DNA of 64,000 nucleotides, taken from positions 13,950,001 to 14,014,000 of the forward strand of contig CM120642.1 of NCBI GenBank assembly GCA_051362555.1. The letters run 5' to 3'. Origin of the DNA: Lingula anatina. Lineage: Eukaryota; Animalia; Brachiopoda. The translations under genes and the position numbers were made by a program. The notes beneath the pieces are model-generated. The model was given only the letters and a program-made list of their open reading frames with translations. It had not been told where the DNA came from and did not search any database. Shown here one piece after another: positions 49,961 to 63,795 of this stretch (positions are counted from its first letter, which is position 1; each line of letters starts with the position of its first letter).

Positions 49961-50625
49961 ATGTATTGTCAGTCTTCCTACGTACGGACGCCTGTCCTTT
50001 TGACTAGCTTGTTCCTACTTCTTACTGCAAGTAAGGAAACGCCGAAAAGGGAAGTAATATCTTCAGGCATGAAGGTGTGTTTTATCTCAAACCTTGTTTT
50101 CATTACGCAGGCTCCCGCTCCAGATACAGGCCGAACCTGGGTCGTCTGGAGGCGATACAAGGCAGTTCGTGCCCCGGAAACAGGGTCCCTGAACTTGTAT
50201 TGGGCTACACTACACCGTGTTCGGGGGAACGGTTTTTCCAACTGAGGTAATTGAGAACGAAATAGAATCAGTGTCACTTGCAGTTGGATATTAAAGAGCA
50301 TTACGTTTTCTTCTATCTTTTTCTCTTTTTTTCTTTGGGACTGGGTTGGCGGAGAAGATACGATGTAGCGTTAACTAAGAGTATTGTTAAAGTCATGTAT
50401 TCTCCACAATTATTAAAATGTCCCTAATTCAAGTCAAACATGCGTCTTTTTAGGGAATTTCACTTCAACAATTGTCAGACGTGTTCCCGTGTGCTGGGTG
50501 ACAAGATAACGTTATACTCCTGCTGGTGTTGTCCCGGCGACCACGCCACGCTCAGCCAGTGTATCGAGTGCGACAGACAAGGGGGTGGGAGGAGGCGTGC
50601 CAGGCTCCGCGATGACTGGTTCTAA
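49961..50625 (+). CDS. Secreted cysteine-rich peptide precursor, 125 aa (CHH/ITP-like Cys spacing)
   Basis: Exons 49961-50030, 50111-50246 and 50454-50625 have GT/AG boundaries, phases 1 and 2, 378 nt. Protein: MYCQSSYVRTPVLLTSLFLLLTASSRSRYRPNLGRLEAIQGSSCPGNRVPELVLGYTTPCSGERFFQLREFHFNNCQTCSRVLGDKITLYSCWCCPGDHATLSQCIECDRQGGGRRRARLRDDWF. Hydrophobic signal and GRRR processing site. Confidence 0.75.
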
Positions 50626-53017
50626 AGACATTTCTGTCTGCTCCTACGGCAAATATGATTTCATAGATTTATGTAAATGGAGACAGAGGGGACGTGGCAG
50701 ACCAATGAATGGATTTGCAAACCTATAAAAGATACACCTTTCTTTTTGTTGTTCGCATTCTAGTAGGAGGAAGTTGTTTATCGATTGGTACTTTCTAGTA
50801 TGAATAGATAGCTGTTGCTTAATATATATATATATATATTTACATATGTGATTTGTTTTGAAATCACTAGCTTTTTAGTTATAATTCGAACTGTGGCAGC
50901 CATAATTAATAATTCGAATAATACATAATGAAATAATCCAGAAATCTGTCACATTAATATACACATAAAAAATTGGTGCATTGAAATACTAGTATTTCAA
51001 ACAACACTGAAGTCAGCAACGGTGTGCGCTAAAACTGGTATGACCTGAACAACAAACTAAAGTTGAAACAGATTCCACCTTAAAAGATATCACAACAAGC
51101 GCTCGTTCTTCCACTCGAGTAATTTTTATTTTGGAAATTCTTTCGTGCCAAAATATACATTTTGCCCTTCCATCGATGTTTTCTTTTCAAACTGTGCCAG
51201 TTATTTTTTTAATGGATTTAATGGTCGAGTAATGTTCACCTTGCTCGATTTTTTTCATAATTCTGATATCAATTAGCAGCAAGAAAGACAATAGCTCAAT
51301 ACTGTCGTTATACTTACTGATATAAGATCAATAGAGGGTTGAAACTAGACATTTTACTTTTGAAAAACTGTGATGGATAGACTGTAGGGTAAGGAAGTCT
51401 GCAAGCTTGCGTAATATTGACCAAGAGGACAAGGAAAAGTTGAGAAACACAGACATTTTCCAAATACTGACAGATCAATTCAAGTACCAGTAATGTTAAT
51501 CTAAAAACAAGTTTTATTATTTTTCAAATTTGAAAGTATTTAAATGTACATAAAATTTCATTTCATCTGCATTCGAGTCTTGGAATAGTTTGTTGCCGAT
51601 AAGGCATACAAAAACAAGTTTGCGGTCCTTTAAGATCACCTGACATATTCTACAACATAAAAGCACCGTCCGCAACCTTTGTAGGTGCTGTTTTCTCTGA
51701 GTAAAATATTTTGAGTCACAACCAACGTTTTGTTAAAAAGCATATATACTCTTCTAAGATGTACAGCATATAAAGAATATATACAAAATGGCCATCATTC
51801 CATCATCCGATATATAATATAAGAGGCAGTAAAAAAAATATCCTACATTATCTACAGATAGCGGATTTACACAGAAATGTACAATTTAATTTTATCAAAA
51901 TGCAGAAATGTCTGTGAACTAATGGCAAAGGCTTGATAACAATAACACGCTAAAATTATTGTGGCTTTTCATCCTACTCTAAACAAAGTTATGAAACAAA
52001 AGTTTCTTATTAATTAACTACTTAATTCAATCTATACACATTTTTCTTTTCCAAGTCCTATGCATGATAATGACAAGAGGTGATATCTCTCAACTTGATA
52101 ACCCTCTCCCTGAAACAGGCTTAAACCTATGCAAAAAACAGAGTACAGATTCACTGTAGCAATAACAATCTAGTATAAACTAGTATACAGATGGAATATT
52201 TACCTATTTAACCATTCCACCTTCATACCTGTTAGAAATTTGTTAGTGGCACAATGAATCCATATTCTGATGACACATATACACATGTACATAGCGATGT
52301 AACTATTCAGTGTATGCAAGAACTAATTCACCCAAAGAGAAACATAGACCTAACTCGCAACCTTTTTTTTTCCAGTAACTAATCACAACAAAAGGAATGT
52401 CAATTTATCAGTGAGATTCTGAACCATCTATTTTGTGTCTCAACTGTGTCCGTTCTGAAAATGTTATTCACAATTTTCACTTAAAAAGTGGTTTTTTAAC
52501 ACATTAAGAGAGAAGATTTCGTTTTTTTTTTGGACCTCAACATTGAAATTATACTAAAAACATGTAACTATTCCACTGCCATTATGCCTCAAGTTTTAGC
52601 TTTCAGTTTCTAATCCTTATTTTAGTTTGGTCTATTCAACTGAGTATGATTTGTTATGTCAAAACAAGAAATGGCACACAGAAACAGATAAAGAGTGAGT
52701 AAATTAGATGATGTTGTCAAGCTTTCATGGAAATTCAATTTTTAGTTGCAACAAACAAATAATGGTAGCAGAGCAACAGAAACTTCCCTAACTGTCACTG
52801 ATAACAATGCAACAAGTGCATGAACCAAAGAGCCCAGTATTTTTTATTGACTATTTCTAACAAAAAATTGATAAGTTTGAGATTTCAAAGGGAAAAAATA
52901 ATTAAAGAAAGCAATGTCACTGACAGAAGGTAGTCCATGTTGCTTACATGTTTTAGCTGGGACATTGATTTATCTCATAACCTTAACATGTTGCTAAAGT
53001 ACATATTACCAGTTTCT

Positions 53018-56000
53018 CTATGCATAGCTATAGCCAGGGTTCTTGACCCCCATTTCAAATGTACTCGGAAAGTATCCATTCAGGTCCTGTGATCCGTATT
53101 TCAGGTCATAAGTCAACTCCTGGGCTCGAGAGTAAATACATAGGGCAGCTACAATCTGTGAGGTGAAAAATAGTAAAAAAACATGGCAATGATTTAAGGT
53201 CATAATATGGGTCTCACTCGAGTCTTGGAGTAAAATGTGTGGGTCTGATTACAATGGTAATGGCTTGATTATTTCAACTGGGAAAATTGTGAATTTTACA
53301 GATACTGTGTTTTTAAGTAATAAATTCTTAAAATTAGAACATTCCTATTTAGTGGTAGCAACACAATTAAAAAATACACTACATTATAGTCCTATTCTAT
53401 ACAGTTAAAGCACCAAAATGCTACACAGAAATGTATTTTTAGTGATTCCAAAATTATGTATCTGAAAAACTTATTTTTCCTGGTTGATATGCTCAAGCCA
53501 TTACCGTACTAGGAATGTTTCATTCAATTTTAAAGCAACAGCTACTTTCTTGCTTGGTAAATAAAAAAATTAGCATTCTAACGACAGAACTCAACATAAA
53601 AATATAAAAGTAAAATTTCACTCAGGCAGTGACCTTGTATACTAGACCCTTTACAATTTGTTTATAAGTAGATTGCTGTTTTGCGGATTAGAAGTCAGCA
53701 GTAGGCATCATTGTGAAAAGTCCCAAACATTCCCCAGCTGGAGAAAATTTGTTTAAGTTTTAGACCTTGCACAGTACTCAAGTCCAAGAAAATAGCAATG
53801 TTTGTGAGCTTCTGCATCACAGATGCAACAGCTGGAAGCATTCATACTATTCAAAGTGTTAACATTTTGAGGATGTCATTCTATTGACTTTCATTTCCAG
53901 TGTGAGTGGCGCCATTTCCGGGCCCCTATGTTCTGGTTCCTCCCCGTACATAAAAGCTATGTCGTACATTAGTTCTTGGGCACGAGAGTAGATACATAAT
54001 GCAGCAAAAATCTGTAAAATATAACAACACAAAAAGACAGCGTAATGATAGTGAAATACACAGAAGAAATTAGAAGGACATAAAAAACTTATAATTAGCT
54101 AAAGCTAAAAAGATGAGAAACCTGGGAAGCAGAAAGCACTATTGGCCCATTTGTTACATTTTAGGTGTAAAATGTTTAAACCTTGGCTTGGAAAATCAAT
54201 TGTGAGTTTACCCTTACTTAAAATATTTTGCATTCTACATGACAAAGTTCAAGTTTGTCAGAAACGAAAATTCTTCGATCAGCAAAGTGGTGCGTGTTTC
54301 ATGCAAGGGACTTTGTAATATGTTTGCCTTTTTAAGGGTGGGAGTGAAACAATACTATTGATTCCTTTACCAAGGTTTCATATTTAGCAGTGGAAAAAAA
54401 ACACTATTCAGCACAAGTGGGTTATTGCAAGATTAGTGGCTGACTTCTACTGAGTTAATGTTGCACTTCACCAATTGCCCTGCCAAGAAATTTTAAGGCT
54501 GACATAAGTGGTAAAAATGATCTGCCTTTTGTCAGTTTTTCTGAGCATCTTTTTTTTTATTTTACTTGCACTATTGCTAAAAGGTGTTTTGTTTCATCAT
54601 CACAACCAAAACTTTTGTCTTATTAAAAATGATATGCATTTTAAAATGAAAACCAAAAGTACAAATAATCCATAAAGCTTATTTATGGGATTTTTAATTG
54701 CTCATCAAGTGTTTGGATATCTTTTTTAAATAAGTGCTGAATACCACAGAATTCTATTCCTAGGGCAACTGCATGTGAGAAAGCAAAATAACACCCCTCA
54801 GTCTGTTTTTTTTTCTCTCCATTTACACCAACCGAGTACGTGAAATGTGGCCTTGGCCATGAAAAATCCCAACTCTGAAGGATTGAATTAGAGTGACAGG
54901 GGTATAAAGCTTTAACAGAAGCCAGAAAAAATAGCTGGGGAAATAGAAATAAGTGTGCAAAAATCCAACTATTGAGAAAATGGAAGTAAATGATAAGAAT
55001 TAAAAAAAGCTATATATAACCAGCACACAGTATTAAATTAGACACTCCTTTCTTTAATATCCCATCAATGCATACATGGGCCAACTGTTCCATGAAATGT
55101 CCAGAGAAATCTTCAAATGAGCTTTTCATGCCACTAATGACAAACATTAACCCTGTAGTAATTAATTTCAGTGCAGCCAATGGCAGAGAAAGAAAAGACA
55201 ATTATTAAAACACCCACTTGTTTTTGTTGCAACATAAAGTTGCACATTAAAATATTAAAAATTTTGAAAACAGGTTTACAATATTTTTTCAGGCCAAGTA
55301 TACATTGATAGAGAAATTAGTGACCAGAATTACTATCTACTAAAGCCACACTGCTAACGAGTAAGTAGCATGCAGAAACACTGTCTTTTTGTGTCAATTT
55401 ATTTTCAGGTGTACAAAATATTTGTACATAATATATGGACAAACTGTATACAACCAGAGGGTAAAAGATGGGTAATTCCACCCTCTCTGAATAGAATTCC
55501 ATGGCTCAGAACTTAAATTCTCAGAATGACTCCACAAATATCTGAATCAGAAATCTAGAAGAATTTTGAGGCAAGGTAGCTCAGAAGATCACAAACAACT
55601 CCTTAAAATGATGACAAACAAAATTTTTATGAACATTAATATCTAAAATGGTTATCAACATACAATAGTAAAAAAATCATGCAAAGAATGTAATTAAAAA
55701 AATTAATTTAATTTGATTCTATATCCTTAAATCAGTTTTAAAAAATACAAAGAATTTAAAGCCAAGAAAATATCAGGAAAGTGCTGAAAGTGTGGAAATT
55801 TTTTCATAACATTTAAACTTATATCAAGATTCTTAGATATTTAAATTAAGTTTAGGATATTTAATTTCATTAAGCACTAAAATATATTCAGATAAACAAA
55901 TCTTTATCAAATGAGAGGAGGGGGAGACAGAAGCCTAAAATACTGAAAGAAAAAACTAAAACTGCCACAATAAATATATGAGAAGATGAAATTGAAAAAA

Positions 56001-58076
56001 AAAATAAAAAAAAATGTAAACTGAGTGGAGCTCATCAAACTTCACTGAATGCAGATGCTGCTGTATCTATAAGCCCATGTCAACATATATCTTTTCTTTA
56101 ATCCTGTAGATGATTAATTATAAATTAAGAATGAAAATATTTGGTAATTATGGCCAAACTTCTAACAGATTAAAGGTTTTAACAAAATTTGCTTGGAAGA
56201 CCCCGGTGCTAGCAAACAAAAAAAGTAGAGTTTTTATCTCAATACTTACATTTACAAAGAACCTGATGAGCCAGAACATGAACCACCAGACCTGCCACAC
56301 AAACCTCTGAAGTGTCAAGAAAAGAAATCATTAGCTGAACATTGTACAACACTTCTGCAACATGAATCACACAATAAAAAACAGTTTGTCAGATATAAGT
56401 TGTCCACGAAAAATAATTTCCATTTCATAGGTTTTCCAAAAAAGTCTAAGGTATGAACTCTATATAAGCACTGCTTATGACAATTCTATGACTACATACA
56501 ATGTTTTATGCCCATTTCTCTTTAAAAAGGCAAATAAACAAAAATTCATTTATAAATCACAATATAAGACAGGGATCAGAGAAGTTATGTCAGACACAAG
56601 CAAGGAGGTTATGTTTTCACCTTGGTTTATTTGTTTGTTCATCACCAGCCTAACTCAAAGTTATGACTTGATTTTGACGAAATTTTCAAGATAGGCAGAA
56701 ATTTTCAAGATGGTCCGGAACACACTAACTTAAAAGTCATAAGATGTTGGTGATGATCTATTAATAATTTACTTATTTGTGTTGGTGGATGTGTGTGTTC
56801 TCTGAGTGCTTTTCTAGTTCCTTTTTGATTCACTTACCCAAATATTAGCTCCATACCAGGAGAACATGTATATCACAATACCTAGCTCTACTGGCTCGTA
56901 CAGGGCCATGATTACACAGAACCACTTACATGCAAGGATGGCACGATCTATTGTCTGAAAAAGTAAGAGCAAGACTTAAAAATAATGTAAAAAAAATAGT
57001 TAAATTAAATCAAAATTTAATAACTTATCACCTTTTAAATGTATTTTCTACCATTACAGTGAAATATTACTTTACCATTTCAGTTAAATACTTGTGTTTT
57101 CAGATTGATAAACATTTAAATACCATTGAAGTCAGTCTTTAACCAAAACGTGAAATCCAATTTTTACTCACCATTTTTTTCAACCCATGCATTACTAAAG
57201 CTGCGGCCATTATTAGCAGTATATTGGCAACTAACATCACAATGTCACAAGCAAGAAATCCTGAAAAAAGTGTAATTTTATAAAAATTATATAATTCTAT
57301 GACTTGATGTTCCCACAGTATTATTAACTTTTTTCAAAACTGAACTTGGGTATTACCTTATCAGTTATTAATTTTTGAAACAAATTTTACACAAATATTT
57401 AAAAAGTTTCATAAATAGTGAGCATGGTTTCCCAAGAACAAACATAAACTACCTCTACTTGTTTCTTATACGACTCAAATAAAGTTTGCATGCCAAGGGA
57501 TAACCTGAGTTAATCTTTTTATCAGCAATAAGGAGCTTTAAAACTGCACCTTTTTCAAATTTTGACTTACTTGTCTGACCTATTTATCTGCCCCAGTTAT
57601 ATACAGCACAGAAAATAAGCAGAAAACATCCTTTCAAATATTATTTTTGGGGTTACATAAAACAATGTTCTCTGGTATTTGAAACCCTATGGTGGCATTT
57701 GGTCAGCTTTTGTGACAAAAGTTTGACTTAAATGCATCTGTAAATTTCATTTGCTATATTATCTACTATTTTAATTTTTTTATTTTTACCTTTCCACACA
57801 TGCATCCTCCAGTCCACATCAAAGGCAAAGGGCCATTGTGGGAGTCCCCAGCTTTTCCCTGCAAAGTCTGCCAGGTCCACGAAGAACATGATAAATGAGA
57901 TGATTGAAGTGACCTGAGAAAAACAATATTAATTTAAATACTGACATTCAATACATTTGCAACTTCGGTAATTGTTTAAATTGCAAATGTGTTATAAATC
58001 TAAATCCTAAGTTGTTCTTAAACAATACTATGTAGAATAAAGAAAATAGGGTAGGAGAATCCTACAGATAACGCTT

Positions 58077-58117
<41 letters not shown>

Positions 58118-59039
58118 ATATTAAGCAAGAAGATTATGAATACCACATATATCTATTTTGAAATAAAGCATTATACATGTAGTACAATAAGTGTTATGGT
58201 TAACTGTTTCTCTTCTTAAAAAGTTGAGGAAAAAAGCCAATGCCATCATTCAGAAAGAAAAAGTGCATATTTGATAAAATATGACAGGCCTATTTTTTTT
58301 AAAAGTTGAAATTATATGAATAATCAGATGAGACAAGCGGAGACAAATCTCATTAAAAGATAAATATTGACCATTAATTTAATGAAATCATACAGAACTA
58401 AATGACTGTAAGACCACTAAACATGTAGGCCTAATATAATCAAGCATTTTTTAACACAGAAAAGTTATTTAATTGCAAGGGGGGTTTATTTATTTATTTA
58501 TTTTTGTTCTATCCATATTTTCAATTTAGAAAGTTCTACATAAAAACCCACAATTTATACTAGATAAAATTAGAACAGATGAAATTCAGTCAGGGTGGCG
58601 CAGCCAAAAGAGTGTTAATGGGGTAACATTTCTATGTAGAGTTAGCATTTAGCATTCAAAGAAAAGTAAATAAATTAATTCATCTTCTGCATTAAAGTTG
58701 ACGAAGTTTACACAAAATAATATGAATTAACCTTGCTTAATATCTGCATTATTAGTTTAATTACTTCTAAAAATTAGAAAATGTCCCTGAATGACACCAC
58801 TGGCAATGCTTGATGACTAATTTAATGTTTGTAACCTATAAAACATGCAGAGAATGCTCCGTCAACAGGTGGGCTTTTTCTCATCAAACACAGAAGTCGC
58901 AGTCAAATTAACCGCCAAAATATCAACGCAAGGCTTTGAAAAATATGCAGGACGAGAAAATACTCACTAATGTCCATACTGCCGAGACCCACGCGCCGTC
59001 TTGAACAGTCCAACACATACACTTCCTTAAAATCGCCAT
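53018..59039 (-). CDS. Uncharacterised four-transmembrane protein (LAPTM/tetraspan-like topology), isoform with distal last exon
   Basis: Exons 59039-58968, 57913-57790, 57260-57172, 56954-56838, 56306-56250, then 53155-53018 (IVAALCIYSRAQELTYDLKYGSQDLNGYFPSTFEMGVKNPGYSYA*). All GT/AG and in phase. Starts MAILRKCMCWTVQDGAWVSAVWTL. Confidence 0.85.
53859..54011 (-). CDS. Alternative (proximal) last coding exon of the four-TM gene
   Basis: TTTTACAG|ATT TTT GCT... translates IFAALCIYSRAQELMYDIAFMYGEEPEHRGPEMAPLTLEMKVNRMTSSKC*. Same phase as, and paralogous to, 53155-53018. Confidence 0.8.
   Translation of the reverse strand: MFAALCIYSRAQELMYDIAFMYGEEPEHRGPEMAPLTLEMKVNRMTSSKC
58078..58114. repeat. 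(TG)n microsatellite
   Basis: Direct observation. Confidence 0.95.
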
Positions 59040-59431
59040 TTTGAAAACCCGACTGTTACCTGTCGCGCATTCTTGTTATGCAAATCACCTGTCGTGGACT
59101 CTGTGTCGATAGAGGTCAGCAAAGAAGCAGGTGCAAAAGACAAGCTTAACGCGGTCATTGCCAACCAATATCTCAGACTTCATTAGTACAATAATAGCAT
59201 TTACTGGCATTTTAAACGAATTTTAATTATTAAATGAATAGAATATGAGGTATTTGGGTTATAAAACAACTAAAATTGGTTGTCGGAGGACTTCTTGATT
59301 TGACCTGTGACCTTTCATTTCCCGGCAAATTTTGTGTCAGGTGACCATACTTTGGCGCTGAGTTTAAGCTGATCAGTTGGCATTCTCAATTCACTTCTTA
59401 GTTTTTCTTTGGTTTCACTTCAAAGATCAAG
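59040..59431. promoter_or_regulatory. Bidirectional promoter between the four-TM gene and RRM1
   Basis: Start codons are 392 bp apart and divergent. E2F-like TTTGGCGC (59351) and TTTCCCGGCAAA (59318), DR1 TGACCTGTGACCT (59301), octamer ATGCAAAT (59078). Confidence 0.75.
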
Positions 59432-62400
59432 ATGTACGTGAGCAAAAGAGGTAAGATCAATAACAAAACCATATTTCTATATTATTAGAAACATTTGTTA
59501 TGAAATTTATACCGTTGATAACAACACTTGAGAAAATTTTCACGTCCTTTGCTTTCTTCCTTTTGCAGGAGGTCGAGAAGAAAAAGTTCACTTCGACAAA
59601 ATCACGTCTAGGATCTCAAAGTTGTGCTATGGGTTGAACCCAGATTTTGTTGACCCGGTAAGAAATGTTGAAATATTCAAACGTGTTAACTCATAAATTG
59701 GCATTTAGGTAATAAACAGTTTTGAAAAAGAAATGCCGATTTGGCGCCAAACGAGAGAACGTAAACAAAGCACTTTGATTTCGAAAGCGAACTTCTGGCT
59801 CAGGAATAGATATAAATGTTTGATGTCACTCTCTATTGCTGTTTATTTTTATGTTAATTTTGTTGAACAAGTTTGATCAGAATTGAAGGTAGAAAATACG
59901 TAATGTTCATAATCAGAACTTTGTGTCGGAGGACATCTTGACTTAGACATAGATTCTTTGAAAATGTGTCAATATTCAAATTTGAAAATGCAAATAAATT
60001 TTTTCACAAATGATAATTTAGAAAATCTGTTACATGTATTATACCATTTCTTTCTTATAAGATTAATTTTCTTGAATAGAAACTTACTAGTTACTAGTAA
60101 GGGTTGAAAATAATCATGAAGATTATTTTGCAACAATACCTGAAAGCTGTTGAACAGTGTCTATATAATACTTTATTCCTTGTTTGACAGTTTGTTAAGC
60201 ACGGGTATTATATGTTTGTAGCTATAGGGTTATTCAATAGAAACTTAACTTTGGTATGAATCTAATATACATATACAGTCTGAGTCTGGATTTTCATCAT
60301 TTAAATAATGAAGTAGTCACTGTATGTTTTGTCTTCAGACCGCTATCACTCTGAAGGTGATCAGTGGACTGTATCCTGGAGTGACCACAGTAGAACTGGA
60401 CAATCTGGCTGCCGAGACTGCAGCCACTATGACGGTCAAGCACCCTGACTATGCCATACTTGCCGCAAGGATTGCTGTCTCTAACCTACACAAGGAGACG
60501 AAAAAAGTATTCAGTGGTAAGTAGAAGATTCCACATATGTACATGTATTACCCCTTCCCCAAGTTATTTTCCCTATTAAACTTTATTTAGCTCTTCTTGC
60601 CCTATGACAAGTATGTATATAAATTAATCATTTTGCCTCCCCTAAAGTTTTGAACTAGAAAAGACTAAAAATATAAAGGTTTAAGGTATTGTGGGATTGC
60701 CCAAACTGCAGCTTTACCTTTATCAGGGTTTTGAGATTTGAAAATCCTTATTAGTTAAGACGAGAGCATTGTCGACCAATATTTCCCTGGTTTCGCTCAT
60801 GGCTCTGTAAGTTGAAATTTTTGGTTATGTCCAGAATGTATTAAGCAGCTGATAAGTTTTGAGCATGAGCAGTTATTTCAACCTTTTTTAAAATAATTTT
60901 TACTACTCATTTTCCTAGTGTCTTCTGGTTAATACTGGGTTACTGAACCCGACTCATTTTATGGAGGTCATATTTGTCAAAGTTTTATTAACTTTTTAAA
61001 AAATCCTCTTATCTAATATTGGCAAAGATAGCTTTTATGCTTAAAACATAAAACTTCTTGGTTAACCTCAAAACTTAAAACTGTTTTTCTCCTGTTTCAG
61101 AGGTGACAGAAGATCTATACAATTGGGTCAATCCAAGGAACAAGACCCATTCCCCTATGGTGTCCAAGAAACTCAGAGACATTGTCCAGGAGAATGCAGA
61201 TGTAAGCATTCACCATTTAAATATACTGCACATATTTTGATGGATGAAAGTATGGGTGCAATACCTGTTCAAAGATTTTGTGTTTGTAAATTCAAGGTAT
61301 GGTCAATTGTTGGGTCTCTTTTAAAAAATTTTTTTGTCTTAATTGTAAGAATCAACCAACAAGGGGTTATTGGCATTTTTTTTTTTTTTTAGCTTTGTTA
61401 GACTGGTTTGATATTTTTTATTTTGTCTTCCAGCGTTTGAACTCTGCCATTGTGTATGACAGGGATTATAACTACAACTATTTTGGCTTCAAGGTCAGTG
61501 CTTATGAAAATTTGATGTAGAAATAATAACTGATATTTCTTTAACTCTGTAATAAATTTTACCTTTCCCCTTGCAGACTGTAAAAGAAGTTCTGCAAACC
61601 TTTAATTTCTTCGGAAAAAATTAATATAGTAGTCATTGAATGTTTTCATTTATTATTAATATTTTTATTATATATTTAGACGATGGAAAGATCTTACTTA
61701 CTGAAGATAAATGGGAAAGGTAAGCATGCCACAAGTTAAGACAGTGTCGACCTGCCATCTTTTCAGTAGTCGGTCTGTATTGTTTTAATGTCTTTCTTTG
61801 ATCTTTAATGATAGATAGTCATCTATGATAATGCTAAATGTATCCAAAAAGATAACTGCGAATATATTTATTTTATGTGAAATTGAAGTTTGTTTAGTAT
61901 TACTCTTTGATTATTTTCAGTTGCTGAACGTCCCCAGCATATGCTGATGAGGGTGGCTGTTGGCATCCACTGGGATGACATTGATGCAGTCATTGAGGTA
62001 AAGAAATGTATAACTTTATATATTAACTCCTCTTATTTACAGACAATCAATCATAATTTGGTATTCTCAGTTGGTCATGGTGGGCATGCTTGTCTCACTG
62101 TGTGGCCCATTTTGGCCAAAAAGATGGAATTCATTAGATTAGTGAATGTTGAAGACATACATGATGAATTAGAAAAATTTATTTTTCTTTAGTTGAGCAA
62201 ATTTAAAGCTATGGCAAGAAGTTTATGCGCTAGAATGTGTTTTTCAGTGAAGCTGATTGTACTGTTGTATGTTTTCTTATATGTCTTTCTATTTCCAGAC
62301 CTATGACTTGCTGTCAGAAAAATGGTTCACTCATGCATCACCCACGCTCTTCAATGCTGGAACAAATCGACCACAACTGTCTAGGTGAGCTGTTCTCACT

Positions 62401-63795
62401 TTACTTCTCAAATTTCATTCAGGGATTTTTCTCCTTTTTGAGGTTTTCCTTTGTATGTGTGAAACAGTAAAGGAAGTTTGATAAATCTTATATATTTTGC
62501 ATTCTTTTTTTGTTTATAGCGACAATATTGTTACTTCTAACTTCTTATTGATTATAACATTGGACATCTGCTTGCAGCTGTTTTCTGCTGTGTATGCACT
62601 CTGACAGTATTGAGGGTATATATGACACACTGAAGCAGTGTGCCCTCATCTCCAAGTCTGCTGGAGGGATAGGATTGGCAGTACACTGCATCAGGTCCAC
62701 TGGCAGCTATATTGCAGGGGTAAGCTGAGCTGTTGGTCAAAAAAAATTTTTCTAGTAATTTTTTTGTTTTTTTTGTTTTGATTGCTTATCCAGTATTTGA
62801 TTTAAAAACAAAATGATAATTGAGAGATTTTATTGTTGAAGTGATGAGAGTCTTTTAGTTAATTACAACAGTTCATATTTTCTAGTAGAATTTTTTCTTT
62901 TGATTGCTTATCCAGTATTTGATTATAAAACAAAATGATAGTTGAAAGATTTTATTGCTGAATTGGTGAAAGTCTTTTAGTTAATTACAACAGTTCATAT
63001 TGTCAAGTACTATTTTTTAGTTGCTGCTTAAATTTTTATCCTATATCTATCCTTATTAAGGAAAGCTCTTTTTGATATTTATTCAAATTATTTTTTCAAT
63101 TTATTATTTAAACTCCAATTCAAAATTATGTAAGAAAATTTCTATCATTTATTAGACCAATGGTCAGTCCAATGGCCTTCTTCCTATGTTGAGGGTGTAC
63201 AACAACACTGCCCGCTATGTAGACCAGGGAGGGAACAAGGTAAGAGGTGTTGCTTGGTCATGTTTACTGGAGGAAGAAATGCCATAGCTTTTTTTTAAAG
63301 GAAAAATCTAGTTGACTTCTTTAGTCCCTGTCTAAATGTAGGCTTATATTTCTTTGATCCTAACAGCTGTGACACATTGAATTTTAGGCACAGGTTAAAC
63401 ATATAAATATACGTATAATTTTTTCTTTCAGTTTTCTTCTTTGGCCTGGTTTAAATTTTTGATTCAGTTAAAATCTGCCATCAGTTTGTGTGAGCCCAGT
63501 CAACTGCCACAGGAAAATGTATCATAACTCACAATCAAACGCGTTCATTTTAGCGTCCTGGAGCCTTTGCCATCTACCTGGAACCCTGGCATAACGACAT
63601 CTTTGACTTCCTGGACTGCAAGAAGAACACTGGAAAGGAAGAGCAGCGTGCCAGAGATTTGTTCTATGCCCTCTGGATCCCAGATCTGTTCATGAAACGT
63701 GTGGAACAGAATGGACAGTGGACGCTGATGTGTCCCAATGAGTGTCCTGGTCTGGCAGACTGCTGGGGAGAGGAGTTTGAGAAACTTTATGAAAG
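59432..63795 (+). CDS. RRM1: Ribonucleoside-diphosphate reductase large subunit (5' part; runs off the window)
   Basis: Exons 59432-59450, 59569-59657, 60339-60516, 61101-61201, 61434-61493, 61680-61719, 61921-61997, 62299-62384, 62578-62719, 63156-63239 and 63554-63795. ATP-cone [80 protein letters not shown]. Confidence 0.98.
62749..63001. repeat. ~125-bp tandem duplication in an RRM1 intron
   Basis: TTGATTGCTTATCCAGTATTTGATT...AGTCTTTTAGTTAATTACAACAGTTCATATT occurs twice. Confidence 0.9.

Noticed and set aside
49978-50301. 107-aa minus-strand ORF and the unspliced 94-aa plus ORF
   Set aside because: Better explained as shadows of the spliced plus-strand secreted-peptide gene.
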